Positions 62,640 to 64,000 of a stretch of DNA of 64,000 bases are shown here, in pieces. The notes beneath the pieces were generated by a model. That model ran no database searches. It was not told the DNA's origin and was given only the letters and a program-made list of their open reading frames with translations. The stretch comes from Basidiobolus meristosporus CBS 931.73 (Eukaryota; Fungi; Basidiobolomycota). Each line of letters opens with the position of its first letter. The first letter of the stretch is position 1. The stretch is taken from positions 62,001 through 126,000 of the forward strand of contig MCFE01000079.1 of the NCBI GenBank assembly GCA_002104905.1, given 5' to 3'. Made by a program: the position numbers and the translations under genes.

Positions 62640-63298
62640 ATGATGTTTCCCTCACTTGATAAAAACCCTGCTTACCATCTGTTCCCTTACCATAAACCGA
62701 GCCGGCCAAGAACACTAGGTTTCGCCGAGTTCCATGCCGCTCACTTTCCCTCACGCGTTCACTTTTTCAGAGGCCTTGTGAATCCGTCCTTCACTGGTCC
62801 GTCCAATCCCAGCCAGCCTTGGCCGCAACATGATCGCCGAGTAGCGGAGCCATATGCTGACGACCAAGAGGACATTCCCGACGAGTTTACAGACGGCGAG
62901 GAAGGTGAAGAACTCAGCTTCCAGCTAAGCGAAGAAACTATTGCGATGTTCGCGTTCTCCGAGAAACACCGTTTAGAACGTAAGTGGTTGATTATCTTGG
63001 GCCTTGTATATCGCTTGTGGGATATTAATTCGTGAGTTCTGCAGGAGAGGCCCAGAGGCTAGTAGAAGCGGAAGCCCAGCGTAAGGAAGACTCGGAGGCG
63101 CTCACAGTAGCCTTGAACTCACTTCCTACAATGACCTACAATCGCACCTCACCAGAAGAGTATTCTCAGCTCTATGGTCCCTCTGGCACCAAAATCGCCA
63201 TGCTGGAGGCCACGTTAAACTTTGAGTACGAGAGGGGATGTTCTGAAGATGGGGTGAGGACTCCAAGCTTATGGCCAGTATTACCACTCCGTCTCTAA
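62640..63298 (+). CDS. GEMIN8: Gemin8-like SMN-complex subunit, 197 aa (exons 62640-62979, 63045-63298)
   Basis: F..SEKHR.ER and LYG....IAMLEATLNFEYERGC......WPVLPLRL match the Gemin8 C-terminal signature. Confidence 0.82.
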
Positions 63299-63329
63299 AA
63301 AGGTAAATTTATTTTCTGTAAGAATGCAC

Positions 63330-63473
63330 TGCGCGGTGATGACAGAACTCATCCTTGTTCTAAGAATGGAAGTGATTGAGCGATCCGACGTCTTTGGACA
63401 GCTCCATATGGTTGGCAATTCAATCACCTTCATGGCGAAGAAAAAACTGAGTGGGCCTTGAATTCTGAGCGCA
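63330..63473 (+). ncRNA. Box C/D snoRNA candidate inside a 3' UTR intron (63303-63526) of GEMIN8; predicted U6 A70 2'-O-methylation guide
   Basis: Box C GTGATGA (63336-63342), box D CTGA (63465-63468), terminal stem TGCGC/GCGCA with canonical K-turn spacing, and putative D' CTAA (63360) and C' GTGATTG (63372). Host intron: donor AG|GTAAAT, branch ACTAAC (63505-63510), acceptor CAAG. Confidence 0.75.
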
Positions 63474-63742
63474 TTCGTTACCCTTCACCCTAACCAAACC
63501 CATCACTAACTCTGTTCTTTACCAAGGGCTATCATTGTAAATAGTATATATCATAAATGAATAAATTCCTGATTAGAAGCCAATAAATTATGCACCTTTT
63601 TGTACAAAAAATTGATCCTCTTGATACACGCGACATCCACAAACATCAAGTTTGGTATATTTGATCAAGAGTTACTCCATTGTTACTTTACACTGGTTTT
63701 TTCTTTGTCCAGCTAGTAGTGTCATAGCTTTCTTCACGACAA

Positions 63743-64000
63743 ATGAGTGTACCAAATTCCTCAGCGACGACTTCACCAGATGCGGACAAAGTAGTTCTTA
63801 GTTATCTCAGCAAGAAGGGATATCGGCAGACTGAAACCATGCTTCGACACGAGGCGAAGGTTCAATCCCTGAACGAACTTGTAGCGACGGATTTTACTTC
63901 TCAGGACGAAGCTTCGGTGCCTGATTACCTACTCTTTTATAACGAGGCTGAACAAGGAAATCCAGACGCCTATGGCGATAGTTACCTAAGTTTAAGACGT
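63743..64000 (+). CDS. TAF5: TFIID subunit 5, 5' part (runs off the window)
   Basis: LisH-like KVVLSYLSKKGYRQTETMLRHE, followed by the NTD2 entry motif NPDAYGDSYLSLR. Confidence 0.88.
   Translation, partial: MSVPNSSATTSPDADKVVLSYLSKKGYRQTETMLRHEAKVQSLNELVATDFTSQDEASVPDYLLFYNEAEQGNPDAYGDSYLSLRR

Noticed and set aside
63451-63464. D-box guide of the snoRNA as a second U6 guide (GGGCC versus U6 GGCCC)
   Set aside because: Only 5 contiguous pairs followed by mismatches, and D+5 would hit a position not known to be methylated. The target is left unassigned.

Overview
Eukaryotic DNA, most likely from an early-diverging fungus (inference from short GT-AG introns of about 50-70 nt with CTAAC branch points, and from GEMIN8 and Mis18 homologues). 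The window has two sharply different halves. (1) 1 to about 48,900 is a gene-free, strongly CpG-depleted graveyard of transposons. It holds Ty3/gypsy elements (one with a chromodomain), Ty1/copia elements and two CACTA/En-Spm-like transposase relics. From 26.2 to 48.4 kb it is a four-level nest that can be reconstructed from target-site duplications (TSDs). That nest includes a young 3.6-kb non-autonomous LTR element encoding only Gag and protease, with a tRNA-Lys primer site and CG-centred 4-bp TSDs. (2) About 49,000 to 64,000 is a compact CpG-rich gene block: an unknown PY-motif protein, a sideroflexin-like protein, mitochondrial bL33 (missed by the ORF track), UBC13, MIS18 (missed), RRP46, a claudin-like protein, a YRB2/RanBP3-like protein, a plant-type LRR receptor-like protein, RPL19, RPS18, GEMIN8 and the 5' end of TAF5. 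The strongest novel signal is a roughly 140-nt box C/D RNA inside an intron of the GEMIN8 3' UTR, whose D' guide predicts 2'-O-methylation of U6 snRNA at A70 (human numbering). All alignments and counts were done by eye and need computational confirmation.
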